From sequence record DRR723986_4124: 46,106 nucleotides of DNA. One strand, 5' to 3'. Below the pieces are notes generated by a model. It was not told the origin of the DNA and did not search any database. It was given only the letters and a program-made list of their open reading frames with translations. The number at the start of each line of letters is the position of its first letter. The stretch's first letter is position 1. Below, piece by piece: positions 17,941 through 26,866 of the stretch. A program made the position numbers and the translations under genes.

Positions 17941-18705
17941 ATGGACTACCTGTCGATAGAACAAGCGATTGAGACTCCCGGACTGCGCCTCGTCCTCACT
18001 GCCGGCGTGCCCGGTCCCTGGGGTGAAGCGGCCAAGGCGATGCTGACTTACAAGGGCATTCCTTTCAGTCCGGTATTGCAGGAGGCCGGTGGTGCCAATG
18101 AAGCCTTACAGGCATGGACCGGGCAAAGCTCCGCCCCGGTGGCGGTGCTGGATGACCAGCCGCCGGTCAGTCACTGGCTGGACCTGCTGCACCTCGCTGA
18201 AAGGATAAAGCAAGACCCACCATTGCTGCCGAGCTCGGCGGCCGAGCGAACCCAGGCCCAGGGCCTCTCGGCGATGATCGCTGGTGTCGACGGTATCGGC
18301 TGGAATCGCCGCCTGCAGATGCTGGACGCCATGCTGCAGCTTGAGCAACCCCCGGAGATGGCAAGTCGGTTGGGACGCAAGTATGGCTGGTCTCCTGCTG
18401 CCACTGCGGGGGCGCTGCCGCGCCTGCAGAGTATCTGTGCCCATCTGGACGCGGTGCTCACCGAGCAGCGGGCCGCCGGGCGGGACTACTTCGTCGGTGA
18501 CGCGGTGAGTGCCGCGGATTTCTACTGGGCGAACTTCGCCGCAATGTTCAAGCCGCTGCCGGCCGAGGTAAACCCGATGCCGGATTACCTGCGAGCGACC
18601 TACGAGTCGGGTGATGCCGATACGATGAAGTGCCTCACGGCTGGCCTCGAGGCACACCGCGACATGATGTATGAGCGCCATATCGCGCTGCCGCTGGAAT
18701 TCTAG
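17941..18705 (+). CDS. Divergent glutathione S-transferase-family protein
   Basis: Thioredoxin-like N-terminus (PGPWGEAAKAML.YKGIPF, SAPV) and GST C-terminal motif YFVGDAVSAADFYWA. Confidence 0.8.
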   Translation: MDYLSIEQAIETPGLRLVLTAGVPGPWGEAAKAMLTYKGIPFSPVLQEAGGANEALQAWTGQSSAPVAVLDDQPPVSHWLDLLHLAERIKQDPPLLPSSAAERTQAQGLSAMIAGVDGIGWNRRLQMLDAMLQLEQPPEMASRLGRKYGWSPAATAGALPRLQSICAHLDAVLTEQRAAGRDYFVGDAVSAADFYWANFAAMFKPLPAEVNPMPDYLRATYESGDADTMKCLTAGLEAHRDMMYERHIALPLEF

Positions 18706-18719
18706 GAAGGAGGAGCACC

Positions 18720-19172
18720 ATGCTTTCACAACAGGAATTATCAGACCGCTTTGAAATCCAGGACCTGGTCTTTCATTACGCCGACCTTATCGACAGGAAG
18801 TGTTTCGACGAGCTGCGTGACAGCGTATTCACCGAGGATGCGTTCATTGATTACAGCGTGTTCGGTGGCAGCGTCGGCGATCTCGAGAGCACCATCACTT
18901 TCCTCAAGCAGGCGCTGACCAATGAGACATTCCCAAATTCCCAGCATCTCAATGCCAATGTCCAGGTAAGCCTGGATGGCGATGAGGCGAGCGGACGGGT
19001 GATGTGCTTTAATCCCATGGAAATGCAGATGCCCGATGCCAGTACCCAGACCTACTTTCTCGGCCTGTGGTACGTAGACGCCTACCGGCGTACCTCCGAG
19101 GGCTGGCGGATCACCCGCCGGGTCGAGGAGCGCAGCTGGGTGTTTAACACACCGGACTTCATGGACCTGTAA
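18720..19172 (+). CDS. NTF2/SnoaL-like protein
   Basis: [36 protein letters not shown]; strong AAGGAGG RBS. Confidence 0.9.
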   Translation: MLSQQELSDRFEIQDLVFHYADLIDRKCFDELRDSVFTEDAFIDYSVFGGSVGDLESTITFLKQALTNETFPNSQHLNANVQVSLDGDEASGRVMCFNPMEMQMPDASTQTYFLGLWYVDAYRRTSEGWRITRRVEERSWVFNTPDFMDL

Positions 19173-19183
19173 GGCTGCCACCG

Positions 19184-19891
19184 ATGATCGACCTGTACAC
19201 GGCCCCGACCCCGAACGGCTACAAGGTGTCCATCGCCCTGGAGGAGATGGCGCTGCCCTACGAGGTGCATACTGTCGACTTGATGGCGGGCGACCAGAAG
19301 CAGCCGGAATTTCTTGCCATCTGCCCGAACGGGCGGATTCCGGCGATTGTCGACCGGGAGGAGGGTGACTTCCCGGTGTTCGAATCCGGCGCGATCATGA
19401 TTTACCTCGCGGAGAAATGCGGCCGTTTCCTGCCTGCTGACGTTCAGGGTCGCTCCCGGGTAATCCAGTGGCTGATGTTCCAGATGGGGGGCATCGGCCC
19501 GATGATGGGGCAAGCCAATGTTTTCTACCGCTATTTTCCCGAGAAGATTCAGCCGGCTATCGACCGCTACCAGAATGAGGGCCGGCGCCTGTTCGAGGTG
19601 CTGGATACCCAACTCGGACGCACCGAGTTCCTGGCCGGTGACTACAGCATTGCCGATATGGCGAACTGGGCCTGGGTGCGAACCCACAATTGGTCTGGCG
19701 TATCCATCGAAGGGCTGGATAACCTGTCGCGCTGGATGGGTGCCATCGTGCAACGACCCGGTGCGCAGCGCGGCGTAAAAGTGCCCGTGGATATTGCCGA
19801 GCTCATGGACGCCAAGAAAAAAGAAGACGCGGACGCCTTCTCGAAGAACGCGAGGAGCATGGTCGTCGGCGCCGATGACAGCTCGGACTGA
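19184..19891 (+). CDS. Nu-class glutathione S-transferase (YfcG/YghU-like)
   Basis: TPNG motif, [42 protein letters not shown]. Confidence 0.92.
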   Translation: MIDLYTAPTPNGYKVSIALEEMALPYEVHTVDLMAGDQKQPEFLAICPNGRIPAIVDREEGDFPVFESGAIMIYLAEKCGRFLPADVQGRSRVIQWLMFQMGGIGPMMGQANVFYRYFPEKIQPAIDRYQNEGRRLFEVLDTQLGRTEFLAGDYSIADMANWAWVRTHNWSGVSIEGLDNLSRWMGAIVQRPGAQRGVKVPVDIAELMDAKKKEDADAFSKNARSMVVGADDSSD

Positions 19892-19894
19892 TGT

Positions 19895-20788
19895 ATGACA
19901 GCGCGTCCGCTTATCTGCTTATTCTGCCTGCTGATGGCGGCAAGCGCGCTGGGCCAGGAGTTGGAGCCGCGCAGTTATACCAATATCCCGATCAATGAAA
20001 CTTTCCTGCTGATTGGTGCAGTCCGCTCCGAAGGCGAGCTGTCACCCAACCCGTCATCGCCGCTGCAGGATGCGGAACTCACCATCGATACCGGCGTACT
20101 GGGCATGGCCCATTCCTTTGCTCTTGGCGATGACGCCGCCAAGTTCGACATGATCGTATCCCGCGCGTGCTATGAGGGTTCGGCGGTGTTTCGCGGTGAG
20201 TTTGTCGAGGGTCGACGCTGCGAGTACGCTGACCCACGGTTCAGGCTCACCTGGAACTTCTACGGTGCACCGGCTATGCCGCTGAAGGACTTCCTCAGCT
20301 GGGAGCCGGGGCTGGTCATCGGCACCAGCTTGCAGGTGGGCGTGCCGGCCGGCGATTACACCTCCCGACAGCTGCTCAACGCGGGGCTTGGTCGATGGAT
20401 GGTCCGCCCCGGACTGGGGATGTCCTTTCGTACCGGTCGCTGGCACTACGATCTGAGCGCCTCGGTTAAGCTGTTCGAGGACAACGATGACTTCTTCGAG
20501 GGCCGATATCTCGAGCAGGACCCCTTGTACGGGGTCCAGTTCCACCTGATCCGTTATTTTAATCGCGGCCGCTGGCTTTCGCTCAACGGCAACTTTTATC
20601 GAGGCGGTGAGACTAGCGTTGACGGAACCAGGTCGGATGACCGGCAGGAAAACTCCCGCTGGGGCGTGACCTACTCAACACCCCTGACCACGCACCAGAG
20701 TGTCAAAATCTACGCCAGCACCGGTGTTATCACCCGCATTGGCGGTGATTTCGATACCTATGGTATTGCCTGGCAGTACCGCTTCTAG
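19895..20788 (+). CDS. Outer-membrane beta-barrel channel (MetA-pathway/phenol-degradation transporter family)
   Basis: Signal peptide, QELEPRSY.N.P, P.G.Y, and C-terminal beta-signal WQYRF. Confidence 0.75.
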   Translation: MTARPLICLFCLLMAASALGQELEPRSYTNIPINETFLLIGAVRSEGELSPNPSSPLQDAELTIDTGVLGMAHSFALGDDAAKFDMIVSRACYEGSAVFRGEFVEGRRCEYADPRFRLTWNFYGAPAMPLKDFLSWEPGLVIGTSLQVGVPAGDYTSRQLLNAGLGRWMVRPGLGMSFRTGRWHYDLSASVKLFEDNDDFFEGRYLEQDPLYGVQFHLIRYFNRGRWLSLNGNFYRGGETSVDGTRSDDRQENSRWGVTYSTPLTTHQSVKIYASTGVITRIGGDFDTYGIAWQYRF

Positions 20789-22488
20789 ACCGAGTCCAGC
20801 CACTGCTGGCGAATCGCTTTCTTCAGCAATTTGCCGGTGGCGTTCTTGGGCAGCGGCTCGTTAGACAGGCTGAAATAAGCGGGTACCTTGAAAGCGGCGA
20901 CCCTGCCGGCTACATACTCGCGCAGCTCGGCTTCCTCAGTACCCGCATCGGCATATACCGCGGCCGCCACCTGTTCGCCCCAGTGATCATCCGGGACGCC
21001 GAATACAGCGGCTTCATGCACGGCGGGATGACCAAGTAAAACGCCTTCGATCTCGATCGGGTAGATGTTTTCACCGCCGCGAATGACCATGTCCTTAATC
21101 CGGTCGACGACGTAGACAAAGCCGTGCTCATCGACGTAACCGACATCACCAGTGGCCACCCAGCCGTCAATGAATGTGCTGGCGCTGGCTTCCGGCAGGT
21201 TCCAGTACTGCTGGACGTTGGTCGGGCTGCGAACGTAGAACTCACCGGTGGCACCCTCGGGCAGGTCTTTACCGTCGCCATCAACAGTTTTCAGGTCGAC
21301 CACCGGAGATACAACCCCGGCCGCATTGGGGCGCAACTGGTAGCCCTGGCCGGTGAAGCTGGAGCAGGTCGCGTTGGTCTCGGTCATGCCGTAGCCGGTG
21401 CCGGGGTAGGCGTTGGGCAGCTTGTCGAAAATCATATCTTTCAGGTGCGGAGGGCTGGCGGTGCCGCCGGCGCCAATAGCGAACAGGCTGCTGGTATCAG
21501 TCGTTGCCCATGCCGGCGATTCAAGCAGCGCCATGGTCATGGTGGGAACCCCGGTGAACGTGGTAATCCGTTCGCGTTCGATGATCTCCAGGGCCTCGTT
21601 AACGTCCCACTTGTACATGATCGAGGTCTTGCGGCCGCCGCGCAGATTGAGCAGGAATACGGAATAACAGCCGGAGACATGGAACAGGGGCACTGCCAGC
21701 AGGGTTGATGGTTCGAAGCCGGCTGCAAACATGTGGCCGATCGCTTCCGGGTTGACCATGGCTGAGGAGGTGGCCATGAACTCAAAATTGGACAGGGCCT
21801 GGCAGACGGCAAAATGCGTCGAGGCGGCTCCCTTGGGGTTGCCCGTGGTGCCGGAGGTGTACATGATCATCGCCAGGTCGCCCATGCTGATGTCCGCGTC
21901 GGGCAGCTGGGCAGGGCAGCTCTGGGTATCTTCCCAGGGAAGCACCCGGGGATTGTCGGCGGCGCCGGACTCGGCCCGGGCTACAACCACCGTGACTCCG
22001 AGTCGCTCCAGGCGATCCTCGAGGCTGGCCAGGCGCTGCTGGTCGCAAAACACAAGGCGGGCGCCGGCGTCACCGAGTGCGTATTCCAACTCGTCACCCT
22101 GACCCCAGCTGTTTAGCGGAACCACGATCGCCCCGATGGAAACGACCGCGACATAGGCCATCATCCACTCCGGGTAGTTGCGCATGGCAATGGCAATCCG
22201 GTCGCCCTTGGCGACATTCAGCTTGCTTACCAGGAAGTTTGCCAGCCGATCGACAGCTTCAAAGAACTCGTCGAAGGTGTAGGCATCGTCCCCGTAGGTG
22301 ATAAACACCTTGTCACCGTACTGCCGGCCCTGGGCCAGTGCCTCACGAAGGTTGGCCGGCGCATTGCGGTAGCAGCGCACGCTGTTGCCGTTGATCTGGC
22401 GCTCAATGATCTCGAAGGGCGCACCCTCTGCGGTAAGTTGCGCGGTCGCCTGTTGCAGGTTCTCGGTAAATTCTTCGATCGTGATCAT
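20785..22488 (-). CDS. Class I adenylate-forming enzyme (acyl-CoA ligase)
   Basis: YTSGTTGNPKG, PLFHV, GYGMTET, TGDVG, DRIKDMVIRGGENIYP.EIE, PKNATGKLLK. Confidence 0.96.
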   Translation of the reverse strand: MITIEEFTENLQQATAQLTAEGAPFEIIERQINGNSVRCYRNAPANLREALAQGRQYGDKVFITYGDDAYTFDEFFEAVDRLANFLVSKLNVAKGDRIAIAMRNYPEWMMAYVAVVSIGAIVVPLNSWGQGDELEYALGDAGARLVFCDQQRLASLEDRLERLGVTVVVARAESGAADNPRVLPWEDTQSCPAQLPDADISMGDLAMIMYTSGTTGNPKGAASTHFAVCQALSNFEFMATSSAMVNPEAIGHMFAAGFEPSTLLAVPLFHVSGCYSVFLLNLRGGRKTSIMYKWDVNEALEIIERERITTFTGVPTMTMALLESPAWATTDTSSLFAIGAGGTASPPHLKDMIFDKLPNAYPGTGYGMTETNATCSSFTGQGYQLRPNAAGVVSPVVDLKTVDGDGKDLPEGATGEFYVRSPTNVQQYWNLPEASASTFIDGWVATGDVGYVDEHGFVYVVDRIKDMVIRGGENIYPIEIEGVLLGHPAVHEAAVFGVPDDHWGEQVAAAVYADAGTEEAELREYVAGRVAAFKVPAYFSLSNEPLPKNATGKLLKKAIRQQWLDSV

Positions 22489-23018
22489 GAGTAAATATTT
22501 CCAGTACTTGTTGGGGTGTCAGGGGTTGTCCAGGTGGCGGGCAGGTAATCAAACTCCAGTTTGCGTAAGGCACTACGCAAACTGGCCTCCAGCTCCGCCA
22601 GTTCTTCGTTACCGATCTTGCGGGCATAATGATCCCGTACTTCGTCGACGGCCTGCAGGCTGTCCTGCACAAGCTGCACGCCGCGTTCAGTAAGGCGTAT
22701 TTCCCTGGCGCGCTTGTCCCCGTTGTCAACGGCGCGCTCCACGTAGCCCATGCGTTCGAGCTCTTTCAGCATTTTGCCCATCGCCTGCTGGGTCACCTGG
22801 GCGCGCTCCGCAAGTTCGGTGACGCGGACCGCACCAGTGCCAAGATTGGCGAACACGGCGCTGTGGGAAGGCCGGATTTCCGGGTGACCGCGCTGGTGCA
22901 GCCTGCGGTGTAACTGGGTATCGAAATCTCGCGCAAATTCTTTCAGCAGGCGCGAAAGGTTGTTGGACAGCCGGTGGGCAATATCCCGATTTTCCTCGGC
23001 AGTGGTCCTTTCGGTCAC
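22485..23018 (-). CDS. MarR-family transcriptional regulator
   Basis: wHTH VTELAERAQVTQQAMGKMLKELERMGYVER..DKRAR.I.LT. Start GTG 23018 with AGGGAG RBS; stop overlaps the ligase start (ATGA). Confidence 0.92.
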   Translation of the reverse strand: MTERTTAEENRDIAHRLSNNLSRLLKEFARDFDTQLHRRLHQRGHPEIRPSHSAVFANLGTGAVRVTELAERAQVTQQAMGKMLKELERMGYVERAVDNGDKRAREIRLTERGVQLVQDSLQAVDEVRDHYARKIGNEELAELEASLRSALRKLEFDYLPATWTTPDTPTSTGNIYS

Positions 23019-23204
23019 TGGATGCTCCCTACGACATCGGTCGTTATTGTTCTCGACAGCCGCTACCGCGCTGCCCGGGCGAGAAATAATAGCAAAGCGG
23101 GCTTTATAGCGACACAGCAAGCGGCGGTAAATGTCTCCCGGACGCAGATTTGAACCGTGCTTCGGGGTTTCGTTACACTGCGCGCCTTTGACGAGGCCCG
23201 GCAC

Positions 23205-23987
23205 ATGGCGAAGATAATCACTTGCAACACCAATGGTATCCGGGCGGCGGCGCGTAAGGGCTTCTTCGACTGGCTCGCGGAGCAGCAGGCCGACGTGGTC
23301 TGTATCCAGGAGACCAAGGCCCAGGAAGACCAGCTGACTGACCCGGTATTCATGCCCACCGGCTATCATTGCTTCTATAACGATGCCCTGAAAAAGGGGT
23401 ATAGCGGCACCGCGCTGTACAGCCGGATCAAGCCGCGGGCGGTGGTCAACCGGTTGGGCTGGGATCCGGCGGATTCTGAGGGGCGCTACCTGCAGGCGGA
23501 TTATCGGGACCTTTCGGTTATTTCCCTGTACTTGCCCTCCGGATCCAGCAGTGAGGCGGCGCAGGAGCGCAAATACCTGTTCATGGACCGCTTCCTCGAG
23601 CATTTGCGCAAGCTGCGGCGCAAGCGCCGGGAATTTATTGTCTGCGCCGACTGGAATATCTGCCACAAGGAGATTGATCTCAGGAACTGGCGGGCCAACC
23701 AGAAAAATTCCGGGTTTCTACCGGACGAGCGGGCCTGGCTGGACACCCTGTATGACGAGGTGGGCTATGTGGATTCATTCCGCCTGGTCAACACCGAGCC
23801 CGACCAGTACACCTGGTGGTCTAACCGTGGCCAGGCCTGGGCCAAGAACGTGGGCTGGCGCCTGGACTACCAGGTTATTACCCCCGGACTGGCCGGCAAG
23901 GTGCGCGCCGCGGACATTTACACGGAGCAGCGGTTTTCCGATCACGCGCCGCAAATCATGCACTACGACCTGGACATCCGCCCCTGA
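23205..23987 (+). CDS. xth: Exodeoxyribonuclease III / AP endonuclease (Crc-related clade)
   Basis: N.NGIRA, CIQETK, GYSG.A, EGR, YLPSG, DWN, YTWWS.R, GWRLDY, SDHAP. Start at ATG 23205. Confidence 0.93.
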   Translation: MAKIITCNTNGIRAAARKGFFDWLAEQQADVVCIQETKAQEDQLTDPVFMPTGYHCFYNDALKKGYSGTALYSRIKPRAVVNRLGWDPADSEGRYLQADYRDLSVISLYLPSGSSSEAAQERKYLFMDRFLEHLRKLRRKRREFIVCADWNICHKEIDLRNWRANQKNSGFLPDERAWLDTLYDEVGYVDSFRLVNTEPDQYTWWSNRGQAWAKNVGWRLDYQVITPGLAGKVRAADIYTEQRFSDHAPQIMHYDLDIRP

Positions 23988-23997
23988 GGCAGACTGT

Positions 23998-24026
23998 TTG
24001 CGGGTAGTCTGGAAAGCCGTTACATT
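23998..24026 (+). promoter_or_regulatory. Putative sigma70 promoter for yajC
   Basis: TTGCGG-17 nt-TACATT followed by a GC-rich discriminator. Confidence 0.5.
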
Positions 24027-24077
24027 AGCGGGCGTTTTTTCCTGGCCAGCGGCCGTTTCTAGATACGGGAAAGTCTT

Positions 24078-24413
24078 ATGAGTCTGTTTATATCCAGTGC
24101 CCATGCGCAGTCAGCCGGGCAGGCGCCCGCCGGCGGCGAAATGTTCCAGATCCTGTTCCTTGTCGGTTTGTTCGTGCTCTTTTACTTCATCGCCATCCGG
24201 CCGCAGCGCAAGCGCCAGAAGGAGCATGCCGAGATGGTTTCTGCGCTCAACAAGGGCGACGAGGTAGTCACCAGCTCCGGTATTCTGGGCAAGATTGCCG
24301 CCCTGGACGATAACTACATCGTGCTGACGGTGTCAGACAAAGTCGAACTGAAGTTCCAGCGTGTGCACATTCATGCGGTGCTGCCCAAGGGAACGCTGAA
24401 ATCCATCGGCTGA
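24078..24413 (+). CDS. yajC: Preprotein translocase subunit YajC
   Basis: FYF..IRPQRKRQKEH, L.KGDEVVT.SGI.GKI, VLPKGT.K. Confidence 0.97.
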   Translation: MSLFISSAHAQSAGQAPAGGEMFQILFLVGLFVLFYFIAIRPQRKRQKEHAEMVSALNKGDEVVTSSGILGKIAALDDNYIVLTVSDKVELKFQRVHIHAVLPKGTLKSIG

Positions 24414-24414
24414 C

Positions 24415-25407
24415 ATGAGCCTGGCCTATCCGCGGCGGATTCGGCTGGCGAACCTGCCGACGCCGTTGCAGTTTCTTGAACGCGCCTCCGCCCGCTGGGG
24501 CAGGGGGCAGCGTCTGTGGGTCAAGCGTGATGATCTCAGTGGCTGCCTGCTCAGTGGCAATAAGGTGCGCAAGCTGGAATTTATCGCTGCTCACGCGATA
24601 GACCATGGTTACGACACCCTGATCACGTGTGGCGGTCTGCAGAGCAATCACTGCAGGGCCACCGCCTTTGTGGGCGCGCAGCTCGGGCTCAAGGTCCATT
24701 TGATTCTGCGCGGCGAACTGCCCGAGACGAGCGAGGGCAATTACCTGCTTGACCAGCTCGCGGGCGCAGAAATCGAGTGCTTCGCGCCGCGCCAGTATTT
24801 CAGCGAGCTGGCGCAGCTGTTTGAGTCAACCCAGGCCAGCTATGCCGCGCAGGGGCGCAAAGCGCTGCCCATACCTACTGGTGGCAGCGACGGAATCGGC
24901 CTCTGGGGCTACATCGCAGCCTGTGAGGAAATGGCGAGAGACTTTGCGCAGGCGGGGATTGAGCAGGCACACATCGTAACTGCCACGGGCTCAGGTGGAA
25001 CCCAGGCCGGCCTGACCGCCGGCGTTGAGCTCGGCAAGCTGCCGGCGACCGTCTGGGGCGTCAATGTATGTGATGACGAGCGCTACTTCATCGACAAGGT
25101 GAATGCAGATATTGCGGATTGGCGCGCCCGCTACCCCGAGGCACCGGCTATCAGCCCGACAGTCAGGGTGCTGGATGGCTATGTTGGAGCAGGTTATGGC
25201 AAGGCCAGTCCGGCCGTATTCGACCTGATTCGCGATCTTGCCCGGCTGGAGGGCCTGGTCCTGGACCCGGTGTACACCGGCAAGGCCTTCGCGGGGATGC
25301 TCGAGGAAATCGAACGGGGGCGTTTCGCCGACTGTCCCGATATCGTGTTCATGCACACTGGCGGCATATTTGGCGTATTCCCCCAGAGCCAGGGGTTCAG
25401 CTGGTAG
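24415..25407 (+). CDS. D-cysteine desulfhydrase-family PLP enzyme
   Basis: LPTPL, WVKRDD, SGNKVRKLEF, GGLQSNHCR, TGSGGTQAG, LDPVYTGKA, HTGG. Confidence 0.9.
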   Translation: MSLAYPRRIRLANLPTPLQFLERASARWGRGQRLWVKRDDLSGCLLSGNKVRKLEFIAAHAIDHGYDTLITCGGLQSNHCRATAFVGAQLGLKVHLILRGELPETSEGNYLLDQLAGAEIECFAPRQYFSELAQLFESTQASYAAQGRKALPIPTGGSDGIGLWGYIAACEEMARDFAQAGIEQAHIVTATGSGGTQAGLTAGVELGKLPATVWGVNVCDDERYFIDKVNADIADWRARYPEAPAISPTVRVLDGYVGAGYGKASPAVFDLIRDLARLEGLVLDPVYTGKAFAGMLEEIERGRFADCPDIVFMHTGGIFGVFPQSQGFSW

Positions 25408-25449
25408 ACTCGAACAATAATAAGCACCGCCACCAACGGGAGCGATGGC

Positions 25450-26772
25450 ATGACTGAATTGATCACCACGATTAACGGCCTGGCCTGGGGCCCGGTGATG
25501 CTGGTGCTGCTGCTTGGCACCGGCTTCTACCTGAGCCTGGGCTTGCGCTTCATCACCGTCCGCAAGATCCCGGTTGCCCTGCGCCTGCTGTTACAGGGTC
25601 GCGGTGGCAAGGGGGAGGGTGATATTTCCCCGTTCAGTGCGCTGATGACCTCGCTTTCTGCAACGATCGGTACCGGCAACATCGCCGGTGTGGCTACAGC
25701 GCTCGCCCTGGGCGGACCGGGCGCCCTGTTCTGGATGTGGATTACCGCGCTGGTCGGTATGGCGACCAAGTACGCCGAGGCGGTATGCGCGGTGCGGTTC
25801 CGGGAACAGGATGCCCAGGGCAACTACAGCGGCGGGCCAATGTACTACATTCGCAACGGCCTGCACCGGCGCTGGCACTGGTTGGGCTATGCCTTTGCCC
25901 TGTTCGGCAGCCTCGCGGGTTTCGGTATCGCCAATACCGTGCAGTCCAATTCGGTTTCCCAGGTAATGAATGACTCCTTTTCGGTGCCGCCTCTGGCCAC
26001 CGGCCTGGTGCTCATGGTGCTGGTAGGGGCGGTCGTTCTCGGTGGCATCCGCCGGATTGCCACGGTAGCAAGCTGGCTGGTGCCGATGATGGCGCTGAGT
26101 TACATGCTGATGAGCCTGGTGGTCATCATGGCCAACGTGAGCGAGCTGCCCGGAGCTGTAGTGACTATCGTTGAAGCCGCGTTCACCGGCTCGGCCGCGG
26201 TGGGCGGATTTGCCGGCGCCACAGTCTGGGCCGCGCTGCGCTTCGGCGTGGCGCGCGGGATCTTTTCCAACGAGGCTGGCCTGGGCAGCGCGCCCATCGC
26301 TCACGCGGCTGCGCGCACCAACCAACCGGTGCAGCAGGGCATGATCGCCATGCTTGGTACCTTTATCGACACCCTGATCGTGTGCACCATGACTGGCCTG
26401 GTCATTGTCATCATGGATGTTCTGCCCAGTGGCGTCAGCGGTGCGAGTCTCACATCGATGGCCTTTGCCGAGGCGTTCCCGGGCGGTCAGTACATCGTGA
26501 CCCTGGGCCTTTGCCTGTTCGCGTTCACTACCATGATCGGTTGGTCTTTCTACGGGGAACGCTGCGTGGTTTTCCTGTTCGGCACGGGTGGCATCCTGCC
26601 TTTCCGGCTGGCCTGGGTAGTCGCCATACCGGTGGGCACCGTGGTCGAGCTGGACCTTATCTGGCTCATCGCTGATACGCTTAATGCCTTTATGGCGCTG
26701 CCCAACCTGGTTGCCCTGCTGCTGCTTAGCCCGCTGGTCTTCCGCCTGACCCGGGAGTACTTCCAGCGCTGA
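25450..26772 (+). CDS. Alanine/glycine:cation symporter (AGCS family)
   Basis: ATIGTGNIAGVA.A...GGPGALFWMW, GGPMYYI, RGIFSNEAGLGSAPIAHA, FIDTLIVCT.T, MALPNL. Confidence 0.96.
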   Translation: MTELITTINGLAWGPVMLVLLLGTGFYLSLGLRFITVRKIPVALRLLLQGRGGKGEGDISPFSALMTSLSATIGTGNIAGVATALALGGPGALFWMWITALVGMATKYAEAVCAVRFREQDAQGNYSGGPMYYIRNGLHRRWHWLGYAFALFGSLAGFGIANTVQSNSVSQVMNDSFSVPPLATGLVLMVLVGAVVLGGIRRIATVASWLVPMMALSYMLMSLVVIMANVSELPGAVVTIVEAAFTGSAAVGGFAGATVWAALRFGVARGIFSNEAGLGSAPIAHAAARTNQPVQQGMIAMLGTFIDTLIVCTMTGLVIVIMDVLPSGVSGASLTSMAFAEAFPGGQYIVTLGLCLFAFTTMIGWSFYGERCVVFLFGTGGILPFRLAWVVAIPVGTVVELDLIWLIADTLNAFMALPNLVALLLLSPLVFRLTREYFQR

Positions 26773-26866
26773 GCATGCGGGCGCCTGCCTTGCGCCAGAT
26801 CAATGTCATCAGGCGTCCTTGTGGTTTCATAGGGCGCCAAATCACCGACTGCCCGGAGCTGCGCGC

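Noticed and set aside
23019..23666. 393-aa version of the MarR gene
   Set aside because: The extension is antisense to xth; the start with an RBS is GTG 23018.
24415..25407. ACC deaminase
   Set aside because: Has YTGKA rather than the Glu-containing YEGKS of true ACC deaminases.
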